Origin: Octopus bimaculoides
Taxonomy: Eukaryota
NCBI RefSeq assembly: GCF_001194135.2
Contig: NC_068982.1
Coordinates: 182,823,767 to 182,861,842, forward strand
Reading direction: 5' to 3'
Length of the DNA: 38,076 bases
The position numbers were made by a program, and so were the translations under genes. Position 1 is the stretch's first letter, and every line of letters begins with the position of its first letter. Below, in pieces: positions 10,400 to 21,639 of the stretch. The notes beneath the pieces are model-generated. The model ran no database searches. It was not told the DNA's origin and saw only the letters and a program-made list of their open reading frames with translations.

Positions 10400-10930
10400 A
10401 GATTTTTTTTTTTGTCAACTTTTCGTTATCTTTTGAAATGTAAAAAGATGAGCTCCGTTAGTGATGGAGAGACATCAGTTGAAAATTTACTAGACTTCGT
10501 TTCCCCATGTTTTTGTTTTAATTCCAGTCATTTGTAAGTTACATTGTAACTAGTCTTTGTAAAGATGAAAATCTCTCTTTCATTCTTACCACATGTCCAA
10601 ACATTAATAGATAGCGTTTCATCATGGTTCATTCTAAGTTTCCATTGTTTACTTTGTTTCTAGGACAGAATTGCTGATTATATTGTCCTGATTGATGTTT
10701 AAGCTAAAGTGAAACTTTCGTTGATGGAAATACCCCCAGCTTTTTGAGGTACAGAGGAACCAAGGTCTACGATTTAGCATTGTATTATAATGTTGAAATA
10801 AAGACATCTTGATAAGCCAATAGTTTGCGAGTTCAGTGTTTGTTCTTAAAGACCAGTTAAGCCAGTTCTCCAAATATATACGAGTATATCTTAAACGTAT
10901 ATCTCACTTGTTAAAGTTGTCTCTGTAGGT
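10400..10930 (-). mobile_element. Old RTE-like LINE fragment (post-RT C-terminal region)
   Basis: Degenerate frames give FSLNINQDNIISNSVLE, YLLMFGHVVRMKE and GKRS, resembling RTE L.I.W.D.I.N..VL / RRL.WFGHV.RM / GKR.RGRP motifs. There are many stops. Confidence 0.45.
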
Positions 10931-11030
10931 TTTCTATAGAAATTTTAGCAGGCACTCATTTTGTTACGACGTTTCGTACCCCCGTATGTCTAATGTAAAC
11001 AACGGGATCGAAGATGAAAAATGGGAAATG

Positions 11031-11080
11031 GGTGGTGTATATGTCATATTTCAGGAGTGCTTGCTCCTTCATCAGCGCCC
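11031..11080 (-). ncRNA. Type I minimal hammerhead ribozyme motif
   Basis: GGGCG-CUGAUGA-AGGAG-caagca-CUCCU-GAAA-UAUG-a-CAUA-U-A-CACC: complete catalytic core, perfect 5-bp stem II, self-complementary stem III, AUA cleavage triplet, and stem I with one mismatch. Confidence 0.65.
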
Positions 11081-11358
11081 ATCGAACCCATTAATCATCC
11101 ACGAACTCATTACTGAAAAAAAAGCACTAAATATAGAGGTGTGACATTATTGGACATTCCTGATATAGAACTCAATAATCGGAGTATACAGGAAATAGGT
11201 TTATAATATCACAAAAGGACTGCAGCCGACAAAGGGGTTGGTGTTCGGTGGTGGTTCTGATGATATAATGATGGTAATGAACATGATGAGGGTGAGGATA
11301 TATAATAGGCACGCACATATAAACATGCGTGCACAAGGCAAACAATAGGCGGACAGAC

Positions 11359-11360
<2 letters not shown>

Positions 11361-11398
<38 letters not shown>
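11361..11398. repeat. (GATA)n microsatellite
   Basis: Directly visible. Confidence 0.95.
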
Positions 11399-11399
<1 letters not shown>

Positions 11400-11701
11400 A
11401 ACATGCATCATACATAATTAGGTAGGTTTGTATGTAGATATATAGACGAAAACAGAAACCTCAAAACACGGTATATGTATATACATGTGGCTTTGCTCTG
11501 GACATTATTTATCTGTGAAAATATTTTCAAAAACAACTCCGGAAAAAATACAGGCAAAAGTACATGAAAACCGTCAAAATGATCAAAGTATATTGAAACC
11601 CGCGGAAAAGATCAAAGTATATTGTAGCCTAATCTATGAGCAGATCGATACATGATTGGAAACTATATCAGATGCAAGTGACATTAATATACTTTACATA
11701 C

Positions 11702-11738
11702 AAACGACGTGTTCTGTTTCGTCAATGTTCAGATCAAA
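11702..11738 (-). CDS. Candidate micro-exon (37 nt, phase 0 to 1)
   Basis: Acceptor gcgtttacag and donor gtatgt. The only open frame is FDLNIDETEHVV(C), which joins in frame to 9711. Confidence 0.45.
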
Positions 11739-11806
11739 CTGTAAACGCACGCCATAACCAAACAGCGGAGCACGTTTTTTTTATATCAATATCTTGTTGT
11801 TCTTAT

Positions 11807-12271
11807 CATTGACGACGACGATGACGATAATGATGATGATGACGACGACGACGGTGGTGATGACGATGGTGATGAGGATGATGAGGATGACGATAACGAT
11901 GCTGCTGCTGCTGCTGATGATGATGATGATGACGATGATGATGATGCTGATGACGACGAAGTTCATTTCCCTGCAACAGTGGCAGCCACCTCTTGGCATC
12001 ATCGTCCTCATCATTGTCATACTTGTTATCACCGACATCATCATCATCAACATCATTAGCAGATAAATCACTACAGCCATCGTTTACATGAACCTGTGGT
12101 CATAAAGATGATGATGATAATGATGATCGTAGTGTTGATGATGACAACATCGACGGCGCCGATTACGTTGATGATGATGATAATGATAATGATGATGACC
12201 ATGATGACAATGACCATGATGACAATGACCATGATGATGATGATGGTATTGATGCTGTTGTTGTTGATGAA

Positions 12272-12308
<37 letters not shown>

Positions 12309-12474
12309 TTGATGATAAATGATGACGACGACGACGATGGCGATAATGCAACGACACTCAAAACCATGATTATCACTTCTGCCATCCCCATCACCACCAA
12401 TATCGCCATAGCCAATATCACAATCTCAACCACCACCACCACCACCATTACGATCATCGTCATCACCATCATCG

Positions 12475-12509
<35 letters not shown>

Positions 12510-12730
12510 GTCGTCGTCGCCATCTTCGTCATTACCGTCACCATCTCCACCATCACCGCCACGGCCATTATTATCATTATGCCGTTTATCGCCACCTTCT
12601 TCACTACCTCCATTACCACTATGACCAGCATCCTTGCCATCACAATCTCAACCACCACCTCCATTACCATCATCATTATTATAATCACCCTCACCATCAT
12701 CATCATCATCGTCATCATCATCATCATAGT
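11807..12730. repeat. Cryptic trinucleotide repeat field with alternating (GAT/GAC)n and (CAT/CAC)n blocks
   Basis: GAT/GAC at ~11807-11960, CAT at ~11995-12060, GAT at ~12105-12345 and CAT/CAC at ~12365-12730. Confidence 0.9.
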
Positions 12731-12814
12731 AAGGTTCGATATCATATTAAGATAAACTATAATTAAAGGTCAGCAGATATTTTACCAATTAATTGTAAAA
12801 TGTAAAATTGAAAA

Positions 12815-13175
12815 CATAAATTGTTGCTGACGTTGTTGTTGCTTTATCAGCTTTATTACTCTTGTTGTTGCTATTGTGGATGACGTTAGCGTTGTTGTGA
12901 TTGATTTTGTTGTTGTTATTTTATAGTTATCGCTGTTGTTATTGTTTGTTAACGTTGTTATTATCGATAGTTGTTGTTACTGTCGTCATTTATTGTTGAC
13001 GTTGTTGTTATTGTTGTTGTTGTTTTTTTTATTGTTACGATTATTGGTGTTGTTATTGTTGTTATTGGTGATGTTTCAATGATCGAGTTCAGCAACGAAA
13101 TCAAAACCATGAACAAAACAACAACAACAACAGAAATAACAACACCAATAATACCAACAACAACATCATTTACAC
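12815..13175. repeat. Degenerate (TTG)n block followed by an (AAC)n block
   Basis: TTG-rich at ~12820-13080 and AAC-rich at ~13110-13170. Confidence 0.8.
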
Positions 13176-13361
13176 AACATTATTTTCGCTTCTTTTTACT
13201 TTTCTCGTTGTTTTTAGGTGATTTTTTTTTTCTATCAATATTTTTATTTTTATTGACTTTTGTTATTTACTTTCTGCTGTTCAATTTATTTTACAGATAA
13301 GGCAGGAGGCGGTGGGAATATATCTGTTTATTGTTTGTGTGTACATGTGTATGATTGTTCT

Positions 13362-13439
<78 letters not shown>

Positions 13440-14491
13440 ATGTTTTTATGTGTACATGTATATATATGTATATATATGTATTTGTGTGTGTGTTTGCATG
13501 GGTGGATGGATGTAGCGTTACGTAAATGTTTGTGCTTCTATGTGTATATTTGTATATGTGTGTATAAACGTTTGTGTATCGATGTGTGTATGTTTCCTAT
13601 GCATATGTATGAATAGATGTGTATATATCAAAGTGTGAATGTGTCTGTATGTGTCTATATAACTGGGCCTCAGAATGGGTGTGCGTATATGTGTAAGTTT
13701 GCATGTATAGTTTTGTGCAAGCGTGAGTGTATGTATATATGTATGTGTCGCTGTTATCTGGTGGTATATGTGCATGCATGTGTATGTTTCTCTATAACAG
13801 TATGTAAGAGTGTATGTATGTGTGCTTGCGTTCCATTGTGTACGTGTGCGCAATTTTAAAGATACATAGAACCTACCCAAATATTGCAATGTTAGATTAG
13901 CCTGAATTAATAAAATGTTTATTTGGCCTCAACTTATCGCTGACATCATTTTAAATTAGCTGACATTACAAAACCTCTCTCTCTGCCTCTCTCTCACGTA
14001 CACACATACACACTCGCACACATGCACACACAGACACGCACATACTCATACGTACTTAGACACGAACCCATATTTACATATATAGGTGCACACACTTGCA
14101 TATACATATACACACACATACACGCAAGGACACACACACACTCTTCTGTATACATATATATCTATATATATATATATATANNNNNNNNNNNNNNNNNNNN
14201 NNNNNNNNNNNNNNNNNNNNNNNNNNNNNNNNNNNNNNNNNNNNNNNNNNNNNNNNNNNNNNNNNNNNNNNNNNNNNNNNNNNNNNNNNNNNNNNNNNNN
14301 NNNNNNNNNNNNNNNNNNNNNNNNNNNNNNNNNNNNNNNNNNNNNNNNNNNNNNNNNNNNNNNNNNNNNNNNNNNNNNNNNNNNNNNNNNNNNNNNNNNN
14401 NNNNNNNNNNNNNNNNNNNNNNNNNNNNNNNNNNNNNNNNNNNNNNNNNNNNNNNNNNNNNNNNNNNNNNNNNNNNNNNNNNNNNNNNNNN

Positions 14492-14548
<57 letters not shown>

Positions 14549-15272
14549 TACGTGTATGTATAGGTGCATGCATATATACGTGTGTGTGTATATATGTATA
14601 TATATATATACACACACACACATATAAATGTATGTATGCATGTGTATATTTATGTATACACACGCATACGCATACATCTCTGGGCATCAGCATACAATTT
14701 TGAATTAACATATAATTGTGTAAAATGGTGAAACAATTTTTAAGGGCCATGCTGGTGTTTTCATAAATTCTCTCTATAAAACCCTTTCTGTTAATTGACC
14801 TATAGCCATCCCCCTTTCTATCTCTCTCTTCTCTTTTTCCTTCTTTTTCAATGTATCATCATCAGTTTCTCCCTCTCTCTCTCTATTTCTCTCTTTCTCT
14901 CTTTCTCTCTCTCTCTCTCTCGGTGTCTCTTTGCTCTTTAGCAAACCATCTTTCTCACATTGTATTTATTTAAGAACGTTTTTACGTTTGTAGGTATCTA
15001 TATAACTTTGTATGTATGTATGTATGTATGTATGTAAGAATGTATGTAAGAATGTATATATACATGTGTGGTTATAAATGTATGTGCCGTGTTTTTCTGC
15101 GAGTATGCCTTCGTGTAAGTATATTATGTGTAAGTCTGTTTGTGCCAGTCTGTTATTTCTACATATTCATATGAATCAAGTTATTGTGACTGTATAGACG
15201 TACGTGTATCTGTCTATTAAGTCTCTAAATGTGTATATCAGTCTGTTATGTTTCTGTATGTATCCGCCAATT

Positions 15273-15364
<92 letters not shown>

Positions 15365-15743
15365 CAGTATGTGATATGTGTATATATGACAGCCTTTTAT
15401 CTCTGCGATACCTTGTTATGTCTGTATATACATACATACGTCTCAGCCTATTATGTTTGCATATATGTATATGTATAATGGTTTATTGTCTCTATTTGTG
15501 TAAGTCAAATATGTCTATATATGTTTCACTCTTTTATATCATCATATCAGCTTGTATGTTTATCAGACTGTCTGCAATATCTGAATATCCATATATGTGT
15601 ATTTGCGTGCGTGCGTGTTGTGAGCGACTTGGGTTTGTCTGTTGGCTTTATATACGTATAAATGCCTATGTATTATACCTATATATATGTCCTTCTTTCA
15701 TGTTTGTACATATACATGTATCAAAGTATTATATGAACGTTTG

Positions 15744-15872
15744 AGTAGAGTGGAGTGGAGTGGAGTAGAGTAGAGTGGAGTGGATTGGTGTGGAGTGGAG
15801 TGGAGTGGAGTGGAGTGGAGTGGAGTGGAGTGGGGTGGAGTGGGATGGGTTGGAGTGGAGTGGAGTGGCGTG
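15744..15872. repeat. (TGGAG)n pentanucleotide array
   Basis: Directly visible, with TAGAG/TGGGG variants. Confidence 0.95.
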
Positions 15873-16001
15873 GACAGATGTGCTATGCACTATGCCAATT
15901 CAGAAACTGTCGAGACAAGAAACAGCGTTTATCTTGTTTAACTGCTGCTGCTGCTGCTGCTGTTGTTGTTGTTGTTGTTGTTGTTGTATGGATATCAGTA
16001 A

Positions 16002-16073
16002 ACATCGGTGGTTCGATGGTAGAATGCTCGCCTGTCATGCGGGTGACCCCTGTTTCGTTTACCAGCCGATGCA
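16002..16073 (+). pseudogene. tRNA-Gly(GCC)-derived degenerate copy (anticodon now reads GTC), followed by a SINE-type tail to ~16137
   Basis: acatcggtggttcgatggtagaatgctcgcctgtcatgcgggtgacccctgtttcgtttaccagccgatgca versus the canonical metazoan tRNA-Gly GCATCGGTGGTTCAGTGGTAGAATGCTCGCCTGCCACGCGGGCGGCCCGGGTTCGATTCCCGGCCGATGCA. The T-arm and B-box are damaged. Confidence 0.75.
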
Positions 16074-17210
16074 TCAACTTCTTTTCAAGGAGTTGCGCCA
16101 GCACGAGCGTAATGGAATGACTGAAACAAGTAAAAGTTAAAATATATATTTCATGCTTTGTACAAAGCCGGCTTACGTATCTGTTGCTGTGTATAGAGTA
16201 AGACAACCACCCAGATTCCATGCATATTTATATAGTTAGCAAGACAGCAATGTCCTCGTATATGATACATGTTATTTGAACGTCGTAGTTTCCTTTGACT
16301 AAAACTGTTACCAATAAGAGGAAAGACATAAATGTTACAGCATCACAATAATCATCTCCAAAAATATTCACGAAAAGAAATCATAAATTATCAGGCACGT
16401 TTCGTGATTCTAATTGTCGCCTCTTGTTTTCTATTGATCAGTACGATTGATCTATTTACATCTCAGTAGATTTGTTTGGCTTCAGTGGATTTGAAACTGA
16501 ACACAATCTCGCAAGATACACACCTCGTATTAGTGGTATTCTAAAAGCGAAATAACTAGATCAGGTGTCATTCACAGTTGTGTATACTGTTTGAAAACGA
16601 AAACATTTATTCCCATTCTATTAAATGCACTATAGAAACTACAACTAGCAGTTCACTGATGAGTTTATTCTCTTCATTATAGTAAAATTCGTAGCAGTAT
16701 CCACGTGACTATCAGCTCAATTGTACCTGTATATGCTCAAATTTCAATTGAATTTTGTAAGTATATGACTAACAGTTGGCTAGTGAAATTATAATCCCAG
16801 CTGCCAAACGGTACTTGGGAACACATACAAAACATTCGGATAAATAGTAAGGCTAGACACTAGGTTGAATGAAACGAGCGTGTGCATGATTGTGGGATGT
16901 ATCCTGGGGGCGCATGTCCAATTACCAAGTAAAACGAGGGATTGTATACACACATTTCGGCAAACTGAAATAGGAGACAGACAGATTGCCTTTTTATTTC
17001 GCTAAAATTTCTGAGTTTTCCATTTAATTAAATACTTTTACCAATAACAAGACAGTTATGAATATACAGAGAATGTCGGTTAGCTTACAACTAGCGAATA
17101 TAATTTTAAACGTCAAATGACTACGTTTGAATTAAGACTCAATGCTGTAGAGAACTCGATGGTAATCGCGTCAATATCTAGCGCACACACACATGCACAC
17201 ATACACATAC

Positions 17211-17248
<38 letters not shown>

Positions 17249-17754
17249 GTAGATATACACATACAACTGCTTACCATATATAGACTTCAAAGCAGAAAAC
17301 TCATTGGTGCTCTGTCATAGCCGCACATCAAGATTAAGGCAATAATAACCTTTAGAAAGGCTACAAAAAACATATTTCTCTTTATTGACAAGTAAAAATC
17401 AATCTGAAGACAGTATTCAGATATATAAATTGGCGAAAGACTACAGAACTGTCAGACATTACTCCAGAATTGCACCAACTTTGTTTCATAAAATCAATAT
17501 GGAATAACATTAAAACGTATGAAGGTTTGGCGATAGAAAGATTTGAATACATATATGTGGTTTAGTTTTGTGTGTGTGCGTGTGTGTGCGTGAGGTTATG
17601 TACTTATATATGCGCACATGTAATTACCTTTATGTAAGAATACAGATGTACACGCACACAGATAGAAATTCTGAATGGAAACACACGTACTATCTGTATG
17701 TATATGTGTGCGTTTATATATATTTATATTTGTATGTATATGTATGCGTTTATG

Positions 17755-17785
<31 letters not shown>

Positions 17786-18121
17786 NNNNNNNNNNNNNNN
17801 NNNNNNNNNNNNNNNNNNNNNNNNNNNNNNNNNNNNNNNNNNNNNNNNNNNNNNNNNNNNNNNNNNNNNNNNNNNNNNNNNNNNNNNNNNNNNNNNNNNN
17901 NNNNNNNNNNNNNNNNNNNNNNNNNNNNNNNNNNNNNNNNNNNNNNNNNNNNNNNNNNNNNNNNNNNNNNNNNNNNNNNNNNNNNNNNNNNNNNNNNNNN
18001 NNNNNNNNNNNNNNNNNNNNNNNNNNNNNNNNNNNNNNNNNNNNNNNNNNNNNNNNNNNNNNNNNNNNNNNNNNNNNNNNNNNNNNNNNNNNNNNNNNNN
18101 NNNNNNNNNNNNNNNNNNNNN

Positions 18122-18197
<76 letters not shown>

Positions 18198-18489
18198 TGT
18201 TAGCTGGTGTGGGCGTGTTTATATGTAAATGTAGATGTATACGGTCAGTGAAAAAGTGCAATTTCCTCGGCTGAATCTAGCTGTTCATGTCAAAAACTGT
18301 CAAGAAATGCAAAAAATGATAAAAACACAATGACTGAGGAAGTTCCCCGAGAAGTAAACTACACATTAAGCAAGAAATAAATATGCACTGCTAACTATTT
18401 GTCATTGCAATAATCTACACACTTAATGCATGCTGCGTTATTGAAATATCTGGAATATGTTATACTGCGTAATCCTATTATTCATCTCT

Positions 18490-18523
<34 letters not shown>

Positions 18524-18604
18524 TCATTTCTCTCTCTCTCTCTCTTTCTCTTACTAATACAATATTTATAGATTTCACAGTTACAGCTTTGCTCTATATT
18601 CATA

Positions 18605-18709
18605 TAGTCAGCCAATTTAACCATAGACATGAATATTGGAGAGCAGTGCCAAGAAAGATATAAATTCTGGGCTGACTTAATTTTTGAGACGGTTTCGATT
18701 CTAGATTAT
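18605..18709. repeat. 105-bp direct repeat, copy 1
   Basis: Gap-free alignment to 19537-19641 with 13 mismatches by hand count. Confidence 0.85.
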
Positions 18710-19536
18710 GCAATAATAATTTTTTTCGGACGTTGTTAAGATAATCTGTGAAAAAGGTATATTTGTCATCACATTATCATCTTGTGTATGAATATATGTT
18801 TTATTACTTAATAGATAGACAACAAAATGATACAAATATACGTACGTATGAATGTGCGTAAATATGCGTGTTCCGTGCGTATGTACACAACATGTGTACG
18901 CGTGTTATATTATGTATATACTTCCTATTTGCATCTGTGGGTGTGTGTGTGGGGGCGGGTAAACACTATACATTTATTTAAGTATAGGAATAAGGATTGT
19001 AAATCTGGACATTTACCTCACGAGCACTTTGATAAAACCCACCAAATGGCAAACCATATCGACTGATTGGAAACATTTAGAAACATTTAGAATCGTTTAG
19101 AATAAACAATTAACCTGTTGTCTCTTCGAATGGTAAATCCTACGTTCTTTTCAATGGATTTCATGTAGAGTACGGAGTATCGTATCAAGATAAATTAATG
19201 AAATTTGGAGAGCTACACAGTTTTAAATTTATTTGCCGCAAAGAATTTTCTTCATCTTACACTTTAGATGGTGTTTCTGCTAAAATAGCGTATCAGAGCC
19301 ATTTCATAAAATAGTTTTATGCTTTTAATCGATTTATATCAAATGAATTGCTAGTACAGTTCAAATACGAAGGTTGACGATCCTGTACAGCTTTGTTCAA
19401 AATCTTTCTGAGTGAAGCAGACTAAAAATTCTAAATAGCAGTGAAATAAGTCAGGAGTTTCAGTGGTTTCATTTAAACTTGACCTCTTCAGGTGTTTGTG
19501 TGTGTGTGTGTGTGTGTATGTGGTGTGTGGTGTCTT

Positions 19537-19641
19537 TAGTCAGCTAATTTATTCATAGAGACAAATATCGGAGAGCAATGTCAAGAAAGATATAAATTCT
19601 GAGCTGCCTTAATTTCTGACACGGTTTCGATTCTAGATTAT
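19537..19641. repeat. 105-bp direct repeat, copy 2
   Basis: See 18605-18709. Confidence 0.85.
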
Positions 19642-19879
19642 ATAGCATTTTTTTTCTACGTGGAGCATTACTTTTTTACCCTTAATAGCAGGTGATATTT
19701 TTAAAAGGTCAGGGTGTATCAATACCACTGACCTCTCATACTTAAAATGGCATAATATTAAAAGGTAATCTTGATCTCCAACTTAACGTGGAGGTTGTGT
19801 TAGAACACAGAATAATGTGTTATTTACCTTAAGGGGAATCTCTCATAAGGAGTTGTGGTGTTTTTGCACTCACTCGAAA

Positions 19880-20235
19880 TTATATTGTTGACAGACGAGA
19901 GTAATCCGCTAATTCCAGAGACAGTTCCCCGGTAACTGCCAGGTCACGTGATTTCACACTGCTATGGGTTCCCCGGTGACAGACGTCCAACAGCGCGATA
20001 ACAGCGAAATAAAATATGGTGCCGCAAATAGCCAGTGGGCTTATTGAAAAATAATCAATAGCAACAGAATCAGTATCAATATCAAATGGTATTAATAAGC
20101 CCACTGGCTATTTGCAACACTTGTACCTGAAGAGATATCGATATTCTATATATTGTTGACGTGGAATTAGGCTGTTATAGTGGTGCTGGACATCTGGAAG
20201 CCACTCTCTTGCAGTTTCCAATAATAATGAGGTTG
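19880..20235 (-). mobile_element. Possible very old RT fragment (RTE-like) interrupted by a hairpin element
   Basis: Pieces DISSG-VLQ [hairpin] APY..VIALLD ...27 aa... LELADYSRLST loosely follow GVLQGDTLAPYLFII.LDY...DLDFADD.LLS, but several frameshifts are needed. Confidence 0.3.
20024..20115. repeat. 92-bp hairpin element with perfect 22-bp inverted arms
   Basis: gcaaatagccagtgggcttatt (20024-20045) is the exact reverse complement of aataagcccactggctatttgc (20094-20115); the spacer is 48 bp. Confidence 0.9.
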
Positions 20236-20239
20236 ATAT

Positions 20240-20784
20240 CTTGGTAGAGATTTCATTTTCTTGAATTGCTTTGAAGTAGTTTTCCAAGAGGGGTGTCATA
20301 AACTTGTCGGCACTCTATGCGAATCTTTTGTCATGGTCAGTGCTTTCTATGGTCGGCGTTTTACGTGCCAAATACCCATGCATCACCTTCTCAGTGGACT
20401 GGTCCATTGTTTTTTTATTCTATTCTACTAATAAATAGATTTTTCCAATACTCATTGGGTAGAGATTTACATTAGCTCATATTTCATACGTCTCCTCAAG
20501 TTCATTAGTTATCCTAATTATGCTGTTTGTTGACTTCATGGTAACAAACTACGTAAAGATAGTTACTGGTCTCTTTCTTCTGCTACAGTGTTGTTTCAGG
20601 ATCATAATACGTGCTTCATATGACATCAATACAGATTTGAGACCACGGCTACCATCCTTACGTGAGACGTATAGCCAGTCTACATCTCCATTGATGTTCA
20701 AGTTTTCTGAAGCGCTGAGCAGCTTGCGAGTTCAAACATCTACCTCACTGAGTTCTTGTAGTAACCAGTTCGAAATGGCACACC
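20240..20784 (-). mobile_element. R4/Dong-like RLE LINE fragment (RT thumb to pre-zinc-knuckle region), 5'-truncated and broken at the 3' side
   Basis: NWLLQELSEVDV*TRKLLS...GDVDWLYVSRKDGSRGLKSV..YEARIMILKQH ... KVMHGYLARK...D...KFMTPLLENYFKAIQENEISTK matches the D.KTRKLL / DVDRLY.PR..GGRGL / K.MHG / EG...AIQEQ.I.TK motifs of R4-clade ORFs. Confidence 0.75.
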
Positions 20785-20826
20785 TATGTATGCATGTATG
20801 TATGTATGTATGTATGTATGTATGTA
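20785..20826. repeat. (TATG)n = (CATA)n microsatellite at the 5' junction of the RLE fragment
   Basis: Directly visible. Confidence 0.95.
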
Positions 20827-21441
20827 TAATGTAACAGAGCTATAAATAGGCAGTTAGCATGTATAAAGCCAGTTTATAGCATATTTATACTTATATAACA
20901 CGTTAACGACAAATGCAAATATACATAAAAGGAATATATATACATATATATAGCAGGAAGTCGGGGAAAAATTTGGAATGTGAAAAGCTCATAATAGTTC
21001 AAAAGAAGTTAGATACATTCCCGTATAAGGTAGAAAGAAAGTCCATAGTATTTATGAGACAAGTAGATGAATAGTGTCAGAAGTAGAAATTTGAATTGAT
21101 AAAAATTGTACAAAAAGGATTTTACAGCAGTTTCGAGAATGTTTGCATGACTGGTGCAGATCTCTGCATGTTTACTGCATCACTGGAATTTAGTGGCAAA
21201 CTATTCCATCATCAGAAGGATAATATTAAGAGTTGGAGTGGAAGAATGAAGATATAAGCGAGACCGATAGATGGAAGGTCTAATACCATAGAGAGAGAAA
21301 TATAGATGGAACTCACTAAGTGCATATAAAGCTAGGACTAGGATCAGGAATTCCATGACGATGTGTGAGGAGATTTTATTTCAGCCGTACTCTCAGAAAA
21401 TGGCTTATATGTATATGTATATATGTGTGTGTGTATGTGTT

Positions 21442-21479
<38 letters not shown>

Positions 21480-21554
21480 TGTGCGTGCGTGTGTGTGTGT
21501 GTACACAGACACACATATATGCATGTAAGTATGAATGCATGTATATGTAGGTGA

Positions 21555-21590
<36 letters not shown>

Positions 21591-21639
21591 TAACATCTGA
21601 ACATAGAAGGACACAACACATCGAGGGGAGGAATACAGC

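Noticed and set aside
12071-12755. 224-aa and 219-aa poly-Met/Ile/Thr ORFs on both strands
   Set aside because: Trinucleotide repeats lack stops by composition, and there is no domain or splice support.
15744-15872. Regularly spaced repeats as CRISPR or telomere arrays
   Set aside because: There are no unique spacers, and the unit TGGAG is not TTAGGG. The window is eukaryotic.
16002-16073. Functional tRNA-Asp(GTC) or tRNA-Gly gene
   Set aside because: The body is Gly-type with a mutated anticodon, a disrupted T-stem and B-box, and a first-base mismatch.
17401-17460. CTGAAGA...GAAA hammerhead-like spacing
   Set aside because: Stem II does not close next to the core, and U16.1 is missing.
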